Positions 50,238 through 59,449 are shown, counted from the first letter of the stretch. The stretch: 64,000 nt of DNA from Candidatus Omnitrophota bacterium (GCA_016867115.1 VGKG01000001.1:29237-93236), one strand, 5' to 3'. Translations and numbers: made by a program. The notes: generated by a model from the letters alone, not told the origin.

Positions 50238-51191
50238 TTATTTTTCCACGTCCGTGATCAGGCTCTCGTAAAACTCGCGGTAATTCTCTTTCTTTTCGCT
50301 CTCGCGCAAAGCTATGGCTGCGCGCGGATGCTCATCCAGGATGCCAGTGATGGCATAAGGTATGATGTAGCCCCATTCCATTTTATCACGTAACGGAATA
50401 AACTCTTTAGAGATGATATCCAGCACCGGGCGGATATCGAACTTGGGGTTCTTTAAGAAACCGAGCAGCAGCTCAAGCGGACAATTCCCCGCAGCCCTGC
50501 CCAGGCCATAGACCGTAGCATCCAGGTAATTGGCGTCGTGGATGATGGCTTCAATGGTGTTGGCAAAAGCGAGCTGCTGGTTATTATGCGCATGGATCCC
50601 GACTTCCTTGGTCTTTAAGATGTGCCTTGCCTTCTTGATCAGGAACTCGGTAGTCTCCTGATAAAGCGAACCGAAGCTGTCCACGACGTAGACCACCCCG
50701 GCCTTGCACTCTTCCTCCAGCTGATGCAGCGCTTCATTCAATTCGTTATCCAGGGCGCGCGAAATCGCCATGATATTGATCGTAGTTTCATAGCCCTTGT
50801 CCGCGAAATGATTGCATAAGAATATCGCCTTATCGATATCCTTGACATAGGAGGCGACGCGGATCATGTCTACCGGGCTCTCTTTTTTGGGCTTTACGTC
50901 ATCGATATCCACCCGATCCACATCCACCATCACCGAGAGCTTCATCTTATCCGACTCAATGCCTTCGATCGTCCTCTTGATATCGTCCTCTTCGCAGAAC
51001 TTCCACTTTCCGTACTCCTTGGGATTAAAGAGGCGGCGGGAGTTCTTGTAACCGATCTCCATATAGTCTATGCCGGCATCGGAAAGCGACTTATAGAGCG
51101 CGCGCACAAAATGCAGGTCAAAATCGTGGTTATTGATCAGGCCGCCGTCTCTTATGGTACAATCCAGGATTTTAATCTTCTCACGGAACAT
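50238..51191 (-). CDS. HMGL-like (DRE-TIM) aldolase/lyase
   Basis: LDCTIRDGG, VDSFG, HAHNN, G.GR.AGNC; ATG at 51191 is 7 nt from GGAGG. Confidence 0.88.
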   Translation of the reverse strand: MFREKIKILDCTIRDGGLINNHDFDLHFVRALYKSLSDAGIDYMEIGYKNSRRLFNPKEYGKWKFCEEDDIKRTIEGIESDKMKLSVMVDVDRVDIDDVKPKKESPVDMIRVASYVKDIDKAIFLCNHFADKGYETTINIMAISRALDNELNEALHQLEEECKAGVVYVVDSFGSLYQETTEFLIKKARHILKTKEVGIHAHNNQQLAFANTIEAIIHDANYLDATVYGLGRAAGNCPLELLLGFLKNPKFDIRPVLDIISKEFIPLRDKMEWGYIIPYAITGILDEHPRAAIALRESEKKENYREFYESLITDVEK

Positions 51192-51302
51192 GCTCAACCC
51201 TCCTTAAAAATTAAGCCCATCGTAAGAATTGATGGGCTTCTGCCTCAACTTTTCTACTCGCACAAGTATAGCATAAAATTATGTATTTGGTAGGAAAATT
51301 TA

Positions 51303-52643
51303 TTAAGAAGTGAAGTTAAAATCCCGGATATAAAGGGTAGGCACACAGGCTGAACCTAACCCCTCAAGATGGTCTGCCACAGTCTGTCTCTCTCTGGAAA
51401 CGTATTTTATCCGCTTGAACGCCTCAAGGACGGATTCGGTAAAACGCATATTGGTCAGGGCGCTCTTGGGAATGCCGTTTTCTATAAGAAAGGTCCCGTC
51501 GCGGGTCATCCCGGTCATCAGGGCCCGGTGCGTATCTAAAAAACCGTTAATATAATGGAAGCGGCTCACCAGGATCGCGCGCTTCGCCGAAGCAACAATC
51601 TTATCGTAAGAGGCCTTACCCTGCTCCATCACCAGGTTATATCCTACCGGGCCGCCGGTATCATCGGGAAAACTCGCATGACCGTTCGGTTTTAATTTTA
51701 GCAGCCGGGCATAATGGCTGTCGGTAAGCGGTTCACCGGCAGCACCCTTCCTGATCAGGTAAACCTTTTTGCGGCTTAAGCCCTCAAAATCAAAGGGCAG
51801 GATAAAAGTATCCGGGTCAAGGCCGGAATCGTAAATACTCACTTCTTCCCCGGTAATGCTCCTGCCGGCCTTCTTCCATAAGAAACTGGTCTCTTCAAGC
51901 ACGGACTTTGCGCCAAAACCGATATAATTGAGCCACTGGATGAGTTCAGCTACGGCAGCAGGCTCAAGGATGACGTCGTATTTGTCCGGCTTCAAGGTTT
52001 CGGTCTTTAAGCCGTGCAGGCACTTCTTCATCGCCGTATCCGCAAGGTTTTCTATGCCTAATTTATGGATATCGTGATTTGCCTGGGCAGCGTACCCGGA
52101 TGAACCTGCGCCTGTAGCGATCAGCTTCATGCCGGCCAGGGAATATCTGTGATGATTTATCTTGCCTTCGGAAGATATCACCGCCAGCGTACTTTCTCCG
52201 TTATAGAGGTTACCGGAAAACTTCACCCCCAGTTCCTGGCCTCCGCTAAAAACTCGCTGCAGGATCCCCGCCCTCTTCTGTGCGGGCAAAGAGGCCGTCT
52301 CCTCGGAATAAAGATGCGCTGCCGCTTTCACCGGTTTAAAAAAAGGTATATCCTTTTTTTCTTTTACCTGCAGCCTTAAATGCGCAAGGGCAAGCGCCCT
52401 CTTAAGCGCCTCTTTCAGGTTATGTTCATCGATAGAATTAGTGGAGGCGATACCGATGCGTCCGTCTTTTAAAACCCGGAAATAGACGGTCTGGTCCTCA
52501 TCCTGCATGTGCTGGTGGATCAGGGAATTGGCAAAGCGGCTCACCTGAAGGCAGGTGCGCATAAAAACAATCGCGGCCTTATCCGCCTCTTTTGTCCTGG
52601 CTAAAGGCAGAAGCTTCTCTTTCAGCCACTCCGCAGTGATCAT
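51303..52643 (-). CDS. tldE: TldE/PmbA-family protein
   Basis: RFANS.IHQ, VILEPAAV, PFDFEG, TGMTRDG, F.FTS; lacks HExxxH; coupled to tldD. Confidence 0.88.
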   Translation of the reverse strand: MITAEWLKEKLLPLARTKEADKAAIVFMRTCLQVSRFANSLIHQHMQDEDQTVYFRVLKDGRIGIASTNSIDEHNLKEALKRALALAHLRLQVKEKKDIPFFKPVKAAAHLYSEETASLPAQKRAGILQRVFSGGQELGVKFSGNLYNGESTLAVISSEGKINHHRYSLAGMKLIATGAGSSGYAAQANHDIHKLGIENLADTAMKKCLHGLKTETLKPDKYDVILEPAAVAELIQWLNYIGFGAKSVLEETSFLWKKAGRSITGEEVSIYDSGLDPDTFILPFDFEGLSRKKVYLIRKGAAGEPLTDSHYARLLKLKPNGHASFPDDTGGPVGYNLVMEQGKASYDKIVASAKRAILVSRFHYINGFLDTHRALMTGMTRDGTFLIENGIPKSALTNMRFTESVLEAFKRIKYVSRERQTVADHLEGLGSACVPTLYIRDFNFTS

Positions 52644-54085
52644 CTCCTCACTCCCGCTTTGATCTTTTCAAAACGCGCAGGGCTGGTGGCATGGCCTACA
52701 TGCATGGATTGCGAAGGCTCCCCCTTGCCGCAGGAAGGTATGCCCCAGACATACCAGGAATCCTTGTTTGCGACCGCGCTGCAATTACCCCAGAAATAGG
52801 GGGTATTGGAATAATAGACCGGATTTTTATAGGCCTGCTTAAGCTTGCCGTTCTTGATCTGCCAGGCGATCTCGGTGCCGAACTGGAAGTTTAGCCTCAG
52901 GTCGTCGATGCTCCAGCTCTTATTCGTACACAGATACAGCCCGTCCTTAGTATCGGCGACGATCTCTTCAAGGCTCTCTTTTCCCGGTTCAAGATTGATA
53001 TTAGTCATGCGGATAAGCGGGATGCAATTCCAGGATTCGGCGCGCATAGTGGCATTACTGGCCCTTTTTAAGGTAGTAGCGGTCTCACGCGAACTTAAAT
53101 AATCGTCAAATAACCCCTGTCTGACCAGCCCTATGCGCTGGGCTGCCACTCCCTCATCGTCATAGGCAAAGCTTCCCACCCCGCCGGAAAGATTTGCATC
53201 CGCGGTGATATTCACCTGCCTTGAGCCGTACCTGAACTTAGAGAGCTTATCCAGCGTCAGGAAGCTTCCTCCGGCGTAACTGATCTCTGAGCCCAGGACC
53301 CTATCAAGCTCTGCCGGATGGCCGCAGGATTCATGCACCTGCAGGGCCATCTGATAGCCGTCCAGGATGATCGTCGTTTCCTTATCCGGGCAGTCAGGCG
53401 CATCCAGGAGCATGAGCGCCTCGTCGCGCACGCGGCCGGCATGATGCGGAAAATCCAGTTCCCGGATGTACTCATAACCTGCCTGGCGTATCTGGGAGTG
53501 GTGGGAGATAGGATAGGAACGTTTCTGGACGTTTGAGCCTTCACCGGCGACTGCCTCGAAATAACCGCCGCTTTCGATAAAAGACTGCTCGATCTGTGAG
53601 CCTTCGGAGTTCACAAAGAACTTGGTGGTGTGGTAGAAATCAAGGGTGGACTGGGCGAATTTTATTTTAGGTTCCTTAAGCAGGAGTTCGTTGGTGTAAA
53701 AGAGATAGTGGAGCTTGGTATCCAGTGCCACTTCAAAGGGATTGATCTGGTAGGCTGAAGAATAGGTGGCATGCACTGCCGGATACGCCGGAAAGGCGAC
53801 CTTCTCCTTATTGATGAAGCTTGAGACGCGGGCGATCTCGATAGCCAGGGCGATATTCTTCTCTATCAGGCCCTCTTCAAAGATGCTTCCGCAACTGAAG
53901 CCCCATGCTCCGTCGCAGAGGACCCGGATGCCGTAGCCTTCGTCGATATGGCTGGAGATGTTCTCCACGTCATAATTAAAGACCGACAGGCTCTCATGCT
54001 GCTTCTTTACCCAGCGGATATCGGCGTAATCTACGCCTTTTCCCTTGAGCTTATGCATCATGGAGCGGATGATCGCCTTTCTCAT
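52640..54085 (-). CDS. tldD: TldD-family metallopeptidase
   Basis: YADIR, HESCGH zinc motif, YDDEG, RMTN, CGKG; start reassigned to ATG 54085 (MRKAII). Confidence 0.92.
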   Translation of the reverse strand: MRKAIIRSMMHKLKGKGVDYADIRWVKKQHESLSVFNYDVENISSHIDEGYGIRVLCDGAWGFSCGSIFEEGLIEKNIALAIEIARVSSFINKEKVAFPAYPAVHATYSSAYQINPFEVALDTKLHYLFYTNELLLKEPKIKFAQSTLDFYHTTKFFVNSEGSQIEQSFIESGGYFEAVAGEGSNVQKRSYPISHHSQIRQAGYEYIRELDFPHHAGRVRDEALMLLDAPDCPDKETTIILDGYQMALQVHESCGHPAELDRVLGSEISYAGGSFLTLDKLSKFRYGSRQVNITADANLSGGVGSFAYDDEGVAAQRIGLVRQGLFDDYLSSRETATTLKRASNATMRAESWNCIPLIRMTNINLEPGKESLEEIVADTKDGLYLCTNKSWSIDDLRLNFQFGTEIAWQIKNGKLKQAYKNPVYYSNTPYFWGNCSAVANKDSWYVWGIPSCGKGEPSQSMHVGHATSPARFEKIKAGVRR

Positions 54086-54092
54086 AAGGTTT

Positions 54093-54121
54093 ACTATAGC
54101 AAAGCTGAACTTACGATGCAA
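54093..54121 (-). promoter_or_regulatory. tldD promoter, probably leaderless
   Basis: TTGCAT-17-TATAGT with TGn; ATG 7 nt downstream and no SD. Confidence 0.7.
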
Positions 54122-54128
54122 TATTTTT

Positions 54129-54189
54129 TCCCGCTAAGCCATTAAAATCCGAGGGTGGGACCCCGCCCAAAATTAAACGGGCAGCGGGA
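54129..54189 (+). repeat. Palindromic repeat family 2, copy b
   Basis: TCCCGCTAAGC..CGAGGGTGGGACCCCGCCC..GCAGCGGGA. Confidence 0.75.
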
Positions 54190-54198
54190 AAATGTAGT

Positions 54199-54226
54199 TT
54201 GAAATCTTGCGATAATCCTCTATAAT
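54199..54226 (+). promoter_or_regulatory. CP-ATP-grasp promoter, probably leaderless
   Basis: TTGAAA-16-TATAAT; GTG 7 nt downstream and no SD. Confidence 0.7.
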
Positions 54227-54233
54227 AAGACCT

Positions 54234-55634
54234 GTGCGAAAAACCGCTATCCGCAAGATCGATGGTTACCTGCGCTCCTTAAGCGCCAAAGAGACCGGAG
54301 CCCTGCAGAGGCTCTTCCTGCGCGAAGTCGAGCGCCTGAACATCCGCTATCTTAACGATTTCGGGAAACCGCGCAATATTGCCCTGGTCCTCAGGCCCTG
54401 GCTGGTCGAGCCCGGGGAGGCAAAGCTCCTCCATCGGCTCATCTATTCCTTCCGGAACATGCACGCAAAGTTATTTCCCCTCTATTTCAGCCATCCGGGG
54501 ATCCGACAGGCCCTGCCTCTACGCCGCCAGGAAAAAGAGTGGTTTGAACTGATCAACCGCAAGAGCCTTCAAAAATACCAGGTGGTCTTCGGCCGCTGGG
54601 ATACGAATGCCTGCTTCGATAAAGAGTCCCGTGTCGGCGACATAATGTTCCTTGAGACCAACACCGTAGGGATAGGCGGCATCCACTATATCCCGGTCGT
54701 CTCCGAAGCGCTGAGCAGCATTTTAAAGGCTAGCCTTGAACACAGGATCCGCCCCTGCTGCCTGGGGCACCAGGCAGACCCGCGGCTCCTTCTGGCGGAA
54801 GAAATAAAACGCCACGCCAGGCTCATCAACAGAAAGAGCCTTAACGTCGCTTTTATCGAAAACCGGGAATTCCTCGCCGGAACGGTGGAATTGCCTGAGC
54901 TGACCAAGTTTTTCAATAACCTCGGCATAAAGGCGATCCTGGCTGACCCGCGGGACCTTAAGGCTAAAGGCCAAGAGATCTATTACCGTGACGTGCGCCT
55001 GGATATTATCTATCGCGATTCAGAACTTCAGGAGCTCATCGATATCGAGAAAAAAGGCCACGGCATGCAGGCCCTGAAGCAGGCCTTCATCAATAATCAG
55101 GTCATCTCATCGATCGCCGGAGAGCTTGACCATAAGAGCGTCTTTGAGGTCTTCAGCAGCCCGGAGTTCTATTCTCTTTTTAACGCAAAGGAGAGGCAGC
55201 TGCTAAAAAGACATGTGCCCTGGACACGCCTGCTTAAAGAAAGATGCACCGCGGATGAATCCCTACGCAGGATCGACCTTGCGCCTTTTGTCGAAAAGAA
55301 TAAGGATAAACTGATCATAAAGCCTAACCGCGCTTACGGCGGAAAAGGCGTGGTCATCGGCAAATTGACGGGTAAAAAAGTATGGCGGGATTATTTAGAG
55401 AAGGCGCTGGCCAAACCCGGAACTTACGTAGTGCAGCGCCTGGTCATGATCCATCAAGAGGAGTTTCCCTACTTCAGTGACGAAGAAAAAATCACCTTTG
55501 ACAGATTTTATGGCGTTTCCGGATTTGTGGTCACCGCAAAATCCACCGCGGTCTTAGGCAGGTTCTCTAAGGAAATGGTGGTGAATGTGGCGCGTAAAGG
55601 CGGGATCATCCCCACCCTGATGCTGCATCACTAA
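54234..55634 (+). CDS. Circularly permuted ATP-grasp ligase (glutathionylspermidine-synthase-like)
   Basis: N-terminal RWD..LETN...GG, DIIYR, IKPNRAYGGKGV.IG, YVVQ, NVARKGG, i.e. the permuted motif order. Confidence 0.82.
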   Translation: MRKTAIRKIDGYLRSLSAKETGALQRLFLREVERLNIRYLNDFGKPRNIALVLRPWLVEPGEAKLLHRLIYSFRNMHAKLFPLYFSHPGIRQALPLRRQEKEWFELINRKSLQKYQVVFGRWDTNACFDKESRVGDIMFLETNTVGIGGIHYIPVVSEALSSILKASLEHRIRPCCLGHQADPRLLLAEEIKRHARLINRKSLNVAFIENREFLAGTVELPELTKFFNNLGIKAILADPRDLKAKGQEIYYRDVRLDIIYRDSELQELIDIEKKGHGMQALKQAFINNQVISSIAGELDHKSVFEVFSSPEFYSLFNAKERQLLKRHVPWTRLLKERCTADESLRRIDLAPFVEKNKDKLIIKPNRAYGGKGVVIGKLTGKKVWRDYLEKALAKPGTYVVQRLVMIHQEEFPYFSDEEKITFDRFYGVSGFVVTAKSTAVLGRFSKEMVVNVARKGGIIPTLMLHH

Positions 55635-55636
55635 TA

Positions 55637-57658
55637 CTAAACCCCGACCCTCACCTGTTCCGGCATCTTCCAGACCAGGCTTTTATATTCATCCAGCATC
55701 CGATAGGTATTGAATCTTTCACTCTGGATGAGGCAGTTGATCATCAGGTCTATCCAGCTTGAAGAGTAGTCTATTTTTCCGGAGGCGTTAGTCTTGTAAT
55801 AAAGCCTGGCCATCTCTTCAAGTGCGTCATAAAGCTTTGAGGCATCCTCAGCCATGTGCAGGTCGAACTCGCTGCCGATCTTTCCTCCCTCAAATTGATA
55901 CCCGAAGATCCTGCCCATCTCTTCCGTGGCCTCGACCACCCATCCATCCAGGGTAGTCAGTTGCAACACGCTATTCATGATCGCCTTCATGCCGCTTGTG
56001 CCCGAAGCTTCAAACGGAGGAAGAGGATTATTCAGCCAGACATCCACACCCTGCACCAGCCTCCTGGCCCAGGCAATATCGTAATTCTCAAGCATGATCA
56101 CTTTCAGGTAATCGTAAACCTCAGAAAGCCCGTCTATCTTATCCAGCATCTGATTAATATAGGTAAAGCCGAGGCTGTCCTTGGGATGCGCCTTTCCGGC
56201 AAGGATCACCTGGATAGGCCCGGTCTTCTTGGCGATACTGATCAGGCGGTTAATATCCTGCAGGACGAGGCTTGGCCTCTTGTAGGCAGCCATACGCCTG
56301 GCCCAACAGACGGTAAAGGTATCCTTATCCAGTTTCCATTTTGCAAGCATGTTGCACAAGGCGACCTTATTTTCCTGATGTGCGCCAAAGACCTCCTGCC
56401 TGAAGGCGCTGTCGCTCTTCAGGTCCTCTGCTTTTTTCAAGGCATAGGGGTTAGCCTTTATATCGCCGATGCGGTCTTCGAATTTTTCAAATAAACGCTT
56501 GAAGTTCTCCGACATCCAGGTGTGCGTGTGCACCCCGTTAGTCACGAAATTGATCTTATCTTTGTATTGCGGGAACTGCTGCAGCATGACCTCATAGTGC
56601 CTTTTAGAGACCGCGTTCACGCTGTTTGAGGCCTCTATGGCCAGCTGCGTCAGGTTGACCATGGCATGGCCCGCTTCTGTCCCGAACCTCTCCGCGACTT
56701 TTGCGTCTTCATCCCTGAGTATGCGCTCAAGCTCAAAGAAAGGGAAACGATCATGGCCTGCCTCAACCGGCGTATGGCAGGTGTAGGCAAAATGTTTTTT
56801 TAATTCCGCAAGCGCCTCTTCCGATAAGCCTCTTGCCTTTTCTACGAAAGCAAAGACGGCATGGCCTTCGTTAAGATGAAAGAGGTCGATATTATAACCC
56901 AGGTCTGCCAGGGCGCGCGCTCCGCCCATGCCCAGGATCGCTCTTTGCATGATGCGGATGGCGTTGCTCTCGCTGCGGTAAAGCTGATCAGTAAGGTGGC
57001 GGTTATTTTCGCTGTTCTCCGGGATATTTGAATCCAGGAGTATGAGCGGTATGGCATAATCCTGCGTATAATTGTAGACGTAATATTTCCAGAGCCGTAA
57101 GACTAACTCTCCGGATTTAAAGGAGAGCTTTATCCTGTTTTTCAAAGGAATGAGCCCGGGATAAGTATAGGGGTCCCAGTGCATCTCTTCGGGCGCCTGG
57201 CCGTATTTAAACCAGAACTTCTGCCGGAAATACCCGGTGCTCCAGAGCATGCCGATACCTGCCGCAGGAAGGCGGAAATCCGCCATGGTCTTTAAGGTGT
57301 CTCCTGCCAATACTCCGAGGCCTCCGCTATAAATCGGCAGGTCGATCAAATCGCTCGGCCTGACCGTAAAAAAATAATCCGCCAGGCGGTAATTGGAAAA
57401 AACCTCATGCTCCCGTGATTCGTTCTGTTCATCGATCCGGCGCAGGGTCGAAAACCGGTTGTAGAAACTGGAGGCAAGGCCGTACTCCATGGAGAAGTAG
57501 GCTATTGAACGCTCGGAGCGCAGCCTCTTTTCCGCGGCGATGAGCGCTTGAAGCGGCAGGCCGAAAAACTTTCCATCCCGGATATCCTTGCTGTAGGTAT
57601 CTTCGTAATTTTCTATCTGGACCAGAGAAAGGAACTCTTCAACCTGGGGATCCGGCAT
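55637..57658 (-). CDS. glgP: Alpha-glucan (glycogen/maltodextrin) phosphorylase
   Basis: AYFSMEYGL, YSGGLGVLAGD, HLNEGH, TNGVH, EASGTSGMK PLP site. Confidence 0.93.
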   Translation of the reverse strand: MPDPQVEEFLSLVQIENYEDTYSKDIRDGKFFGLPLQALIAAEKRLRSERSIAYFSMEYGLASSFYNRFSTLRRIDEQNESREHEVFSNYRLADYFFTVRPSDLIDLPIYSGGLGVLAGDTLKTMADFRLPAAGIGMLWSTGYFRQKFWFKYGQAPEEMHWDPYTYPGLIPLKNRIKLSFKSGELVLRLWKYYVYNYTQDYAIPLILLDSNIPENSENNRHLTDQLYRSESNAIRIMQRAILGMGGARALADLGYNIDLFHLNEGHAVFAFVEKARGLSEEALAELKKHFAYTCHTPVEAGHDRFPFFELERILRDEDAKVAERFGTEAGHAMVNLTQLAIEASNSVNAVSKRHYEVMLQQFPQYKDKINFVTNGVHTHTWMSENFKRLFEKFEDRIGDIKANPYALKKAEDLKSDSAFRQEVFGAHQENKVALCNMLAKWKLDKDTFTVCWARRMAAYKRPSLVLQDINRLISIAKKTGPIQVILAGKAHPKDSLGFTYINQMLDKIDGLSEVYDYLKVIMLENYDIAWARRLVQGVDVWLNNPLPPFEASGTSGMKAIMNSVLQLTTLDGWVVEATEEMGRIFGYQFEGGKIGSEFDLHMAEDASKLYDALEEMARLYYKTNASGKIDYSSSWIDLMINCLIQSERFNTYRMLDEYKSLVWKMPEQVRVGV

Positions 57659-57822
57659 TATTTTCTCCTCTTTCTTTCTGTCCGGCGCAGGGCCTTAACC
57701 ATGCGCTCGTAAGCCTGGCCAGGCGTCCTGCCCTCGGTAAGGTGGTCGCAACAGATCGCAGCAAAACCTACGCGGTTCCTGATCCTGAAGAGGTCTACTT
57801 TGAGGTGGCCGATCTTAGGCAT
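57658..57822 (-). CDS. Small protein (54 aa; not in ORF track), HicB-N-like
   Basis: MPKIGHLKVDLFRIRNRVGFAAICCDHLTEGRTPGQAYERMVKALRRTERKRRK; GGAGG SD; TAATG overlap with the glgP start. Confidence 0.7.
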   Translation of the reverse strand: MPKIGHLKVDLFRIRNRVGFAAICCDHLTEGRTPGQAYERMVKALRRTERKRRK

Positions 57823-57830
57823 ATTACCTC

Positions 57831-58079
57831 CTATTTCTTCTTGAGGTTGTCGGGCGAGTTCACCGACATCACGTTCTGCGACTGCACAAAATACACCGGA
57901 TTGCCTTCGGCGTCATACTTATTATCCACGCGCAGCACCTTAGTGGCAACTAATTTCATCTTGATCACCGAACCGTCGTCCAGGAGATACTGGTTCCAGT
58001 ATTCGCTGGCCTGGTTCACCTCGATCGGAGTCGCATCTACTTCCTCTCCGCCGAAGTTTATTTTTATCTTCTCTTCCAT
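57831..58079 (-). CDS. Small acidic beta-rich hypothetical protein
   Basis: 82 aa, GGGAG SD, in operon-like order; E.WN.Y.L.DG..IK...D.EGNP.Y pattern. Confidence 0.8.
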   Translation of the reverse strand: MEEKIKINFGGEEVDATPIEVNQASEYWNQYLLDDGSVIKMKLVATKVLRVDNKYDAEGNPVYFVQSQNVMSVNSPDNLKKK

Positions 58080-58092
58080 CTCTGTCTCCCGG

Positions 58093-58515
58093 TTATCTAT
58101 ACCTGACTACTTCTGCCTCAACGCTTACCCTTTCGTAAGCATAGGGCTCGGTCACCGGCTTAACGCCTCCGGCAGGGATAGTCTCTTTCTCAACCGTAAA
58201 GTAAGTGCCTCCTGCTTTTTCGCGCTTGGTCTTGATATTTATCGCAGCATCCCCTCCTGCCTCGCGCACCCGCATCATTAACATCTCCTCCAGGTATTTT
58301 TCCCGGTCAATAGAACCGGCGATCTTGCCGATAGTTTCAAAATCCTTTGCGGGCTTTCCCTCAAAATACAGATCTACCGGATAATCCGAAGGCCTGGCGG
58401 AGAATCCCGCGCCGTAGCCGGTAAACTTAAGCTGCCTGCCTGCGGCCTTCTCTACGCTCATGCATCCGCTAAAAATAAATACGGCCGTCAAAAGAATACT
58501 TAAGATTTTTTTCAT
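58093..58515 (-). CDS. Lipoprotein, possibly YbjQ-like fold
   Basis: MKK signal with FSGC lipobox; IG.I...EAGGDAAIN...AEVVRY. Confidence 0.7.
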   Translation of the reverse strand: MKKILSILLTAVFIFSGCMSVEKAAGRQLKFTGYGAGFSARPSDYPVDLYFEGKPAKDFETIGKIAGSIDREKYLEEMLMMRVREAGGDAAINIKTKREKAGGTYFTVEKETIPAGGVKPVTEPYAYERVSVEAEVVRYR

Positions 58516-58892
58516 GCGGCAGCCTCCCTGCGGTGCTCTTTCACGCCCTTAAGCGCCTCGATCACCTTTACCGCCTCCCTGCGGGTCAGCTTGTTGATCG
58601 CGGCCTTATGAAAATATTTATGGATGAAATTATCCAGGTGGTCCGGCGTCCAGCCCAGATTCCCGGCCAGATACTGAATGAATAATTTCTGCCTGATAGT
58701 AAGGCCGTAAGGATTGAGGCGGTAATGCGAGCTGCGTACGAAATAGTTCATCAGCTTACGGAACTTCTCGTCATCCAGGTCTTTGGCGCTCTCTACCCCT
58801 GCTGCCTCATGCAGGATCCTTCTATACTCTTCGTCGCTAAGATTCAGCTCCTTTTTTACGATATGGATAACCGCCAGCCTTTTCTTATCCAT
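58512..58892 (-). CDS. GemA/phage Mu gp16-like (DUF1018) protein
   Basis: LAVIHIVKKELNLSDEEYR.IL....GV.SAKDL and LT..EA.KVIEALK; start at MDKKR (58892). Confidence 0.78.
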   Translation of the reverse strand: MDKKRLAVIHIVKKELNLSDEEYRRILHEAAGVESAKDLDDEKFRKLMNYFVRSSHYRLNPYGLTIRQKLFIQYLAGNLGWTPDHLDNFIHKYFHKAAINKLTRREAVKVIEALKGVKEHRREAAA

Positions 58893-58951
58893 AGTAAAAA
58901 GGGGGCGAGGCAACTTTAAACAAAGACGCCTCACCCCTGTCAAGCATAAGG

Positions 58952-59449
58952 TTACTCAATAATTATCTTTTTCGCGTTAAACTCAAGAGCTCCGGTAAAG
59001 ACGCCTTCGCATCCGGCATAAACCGAAGGCCTCAGTTCTTCAAAAGCGACCCTTAAGTCCTGCGGCCCCTCGAGCCAGGTATCCGGCCTCACCTTTACCT
59101 TTACCCCTGAGATGATGATCTCTCCTGCCACGGCATCCGCGGAAGTGATCTTACCCTTGATCTCGTCGTAACCGGAAAAGTCCTCGGCGATCTTCCTGGC
59201 GGACATCCTGGCCTTATCCGTGAAGGCGCCTTCTATGCCGACCCGGTCTCCGACAGCAAGCGCTGAAAGGTTGACCGCCTTATCCGCGTCGTTCTTGATT
59301 TCTGCTGCCCGGGCGTTGACCTGCACTCCAAAGACATCTATAGTGGCTGCCTCGGCATCCACTGCCTGGATCTTGCCCTTGAGCTCATCGGCGGCGGCAA
59401 CTGCGACAAAGAATAATAAAGTAAGAAGGCAACTTAAAAAAAGCCGCAT
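58952..59449 (-). CDS. Secreted protein with two DUF5666-like OB repeats
   Basis: Signal peptide; two repeats of KGKI..D...I...GV.V....L..G..V..EG.F....A.KI. Confidence 0.78.
   Translation of the reverse strand: MRLFLSCLLTLLFFVAVAAADELKGKIQAVDAEAATIDVFGVQVNARAAEIKNDADKAVNLSALAVGDRVGIEGAFTDKARMSARKIAEDFSGYDEIKGKITSADAVAGEIIISGVKVKVRPDTWLEGPQDLRVAFEELRPSVYAGCEGVFTGALEFNAKKIIIE

Noticed and set aside
54086-54121. TTG start for tldD at 54121
   Set aside because: That TTG is the -35 box of a well-spaced promoter; ATG at 54085 fits better
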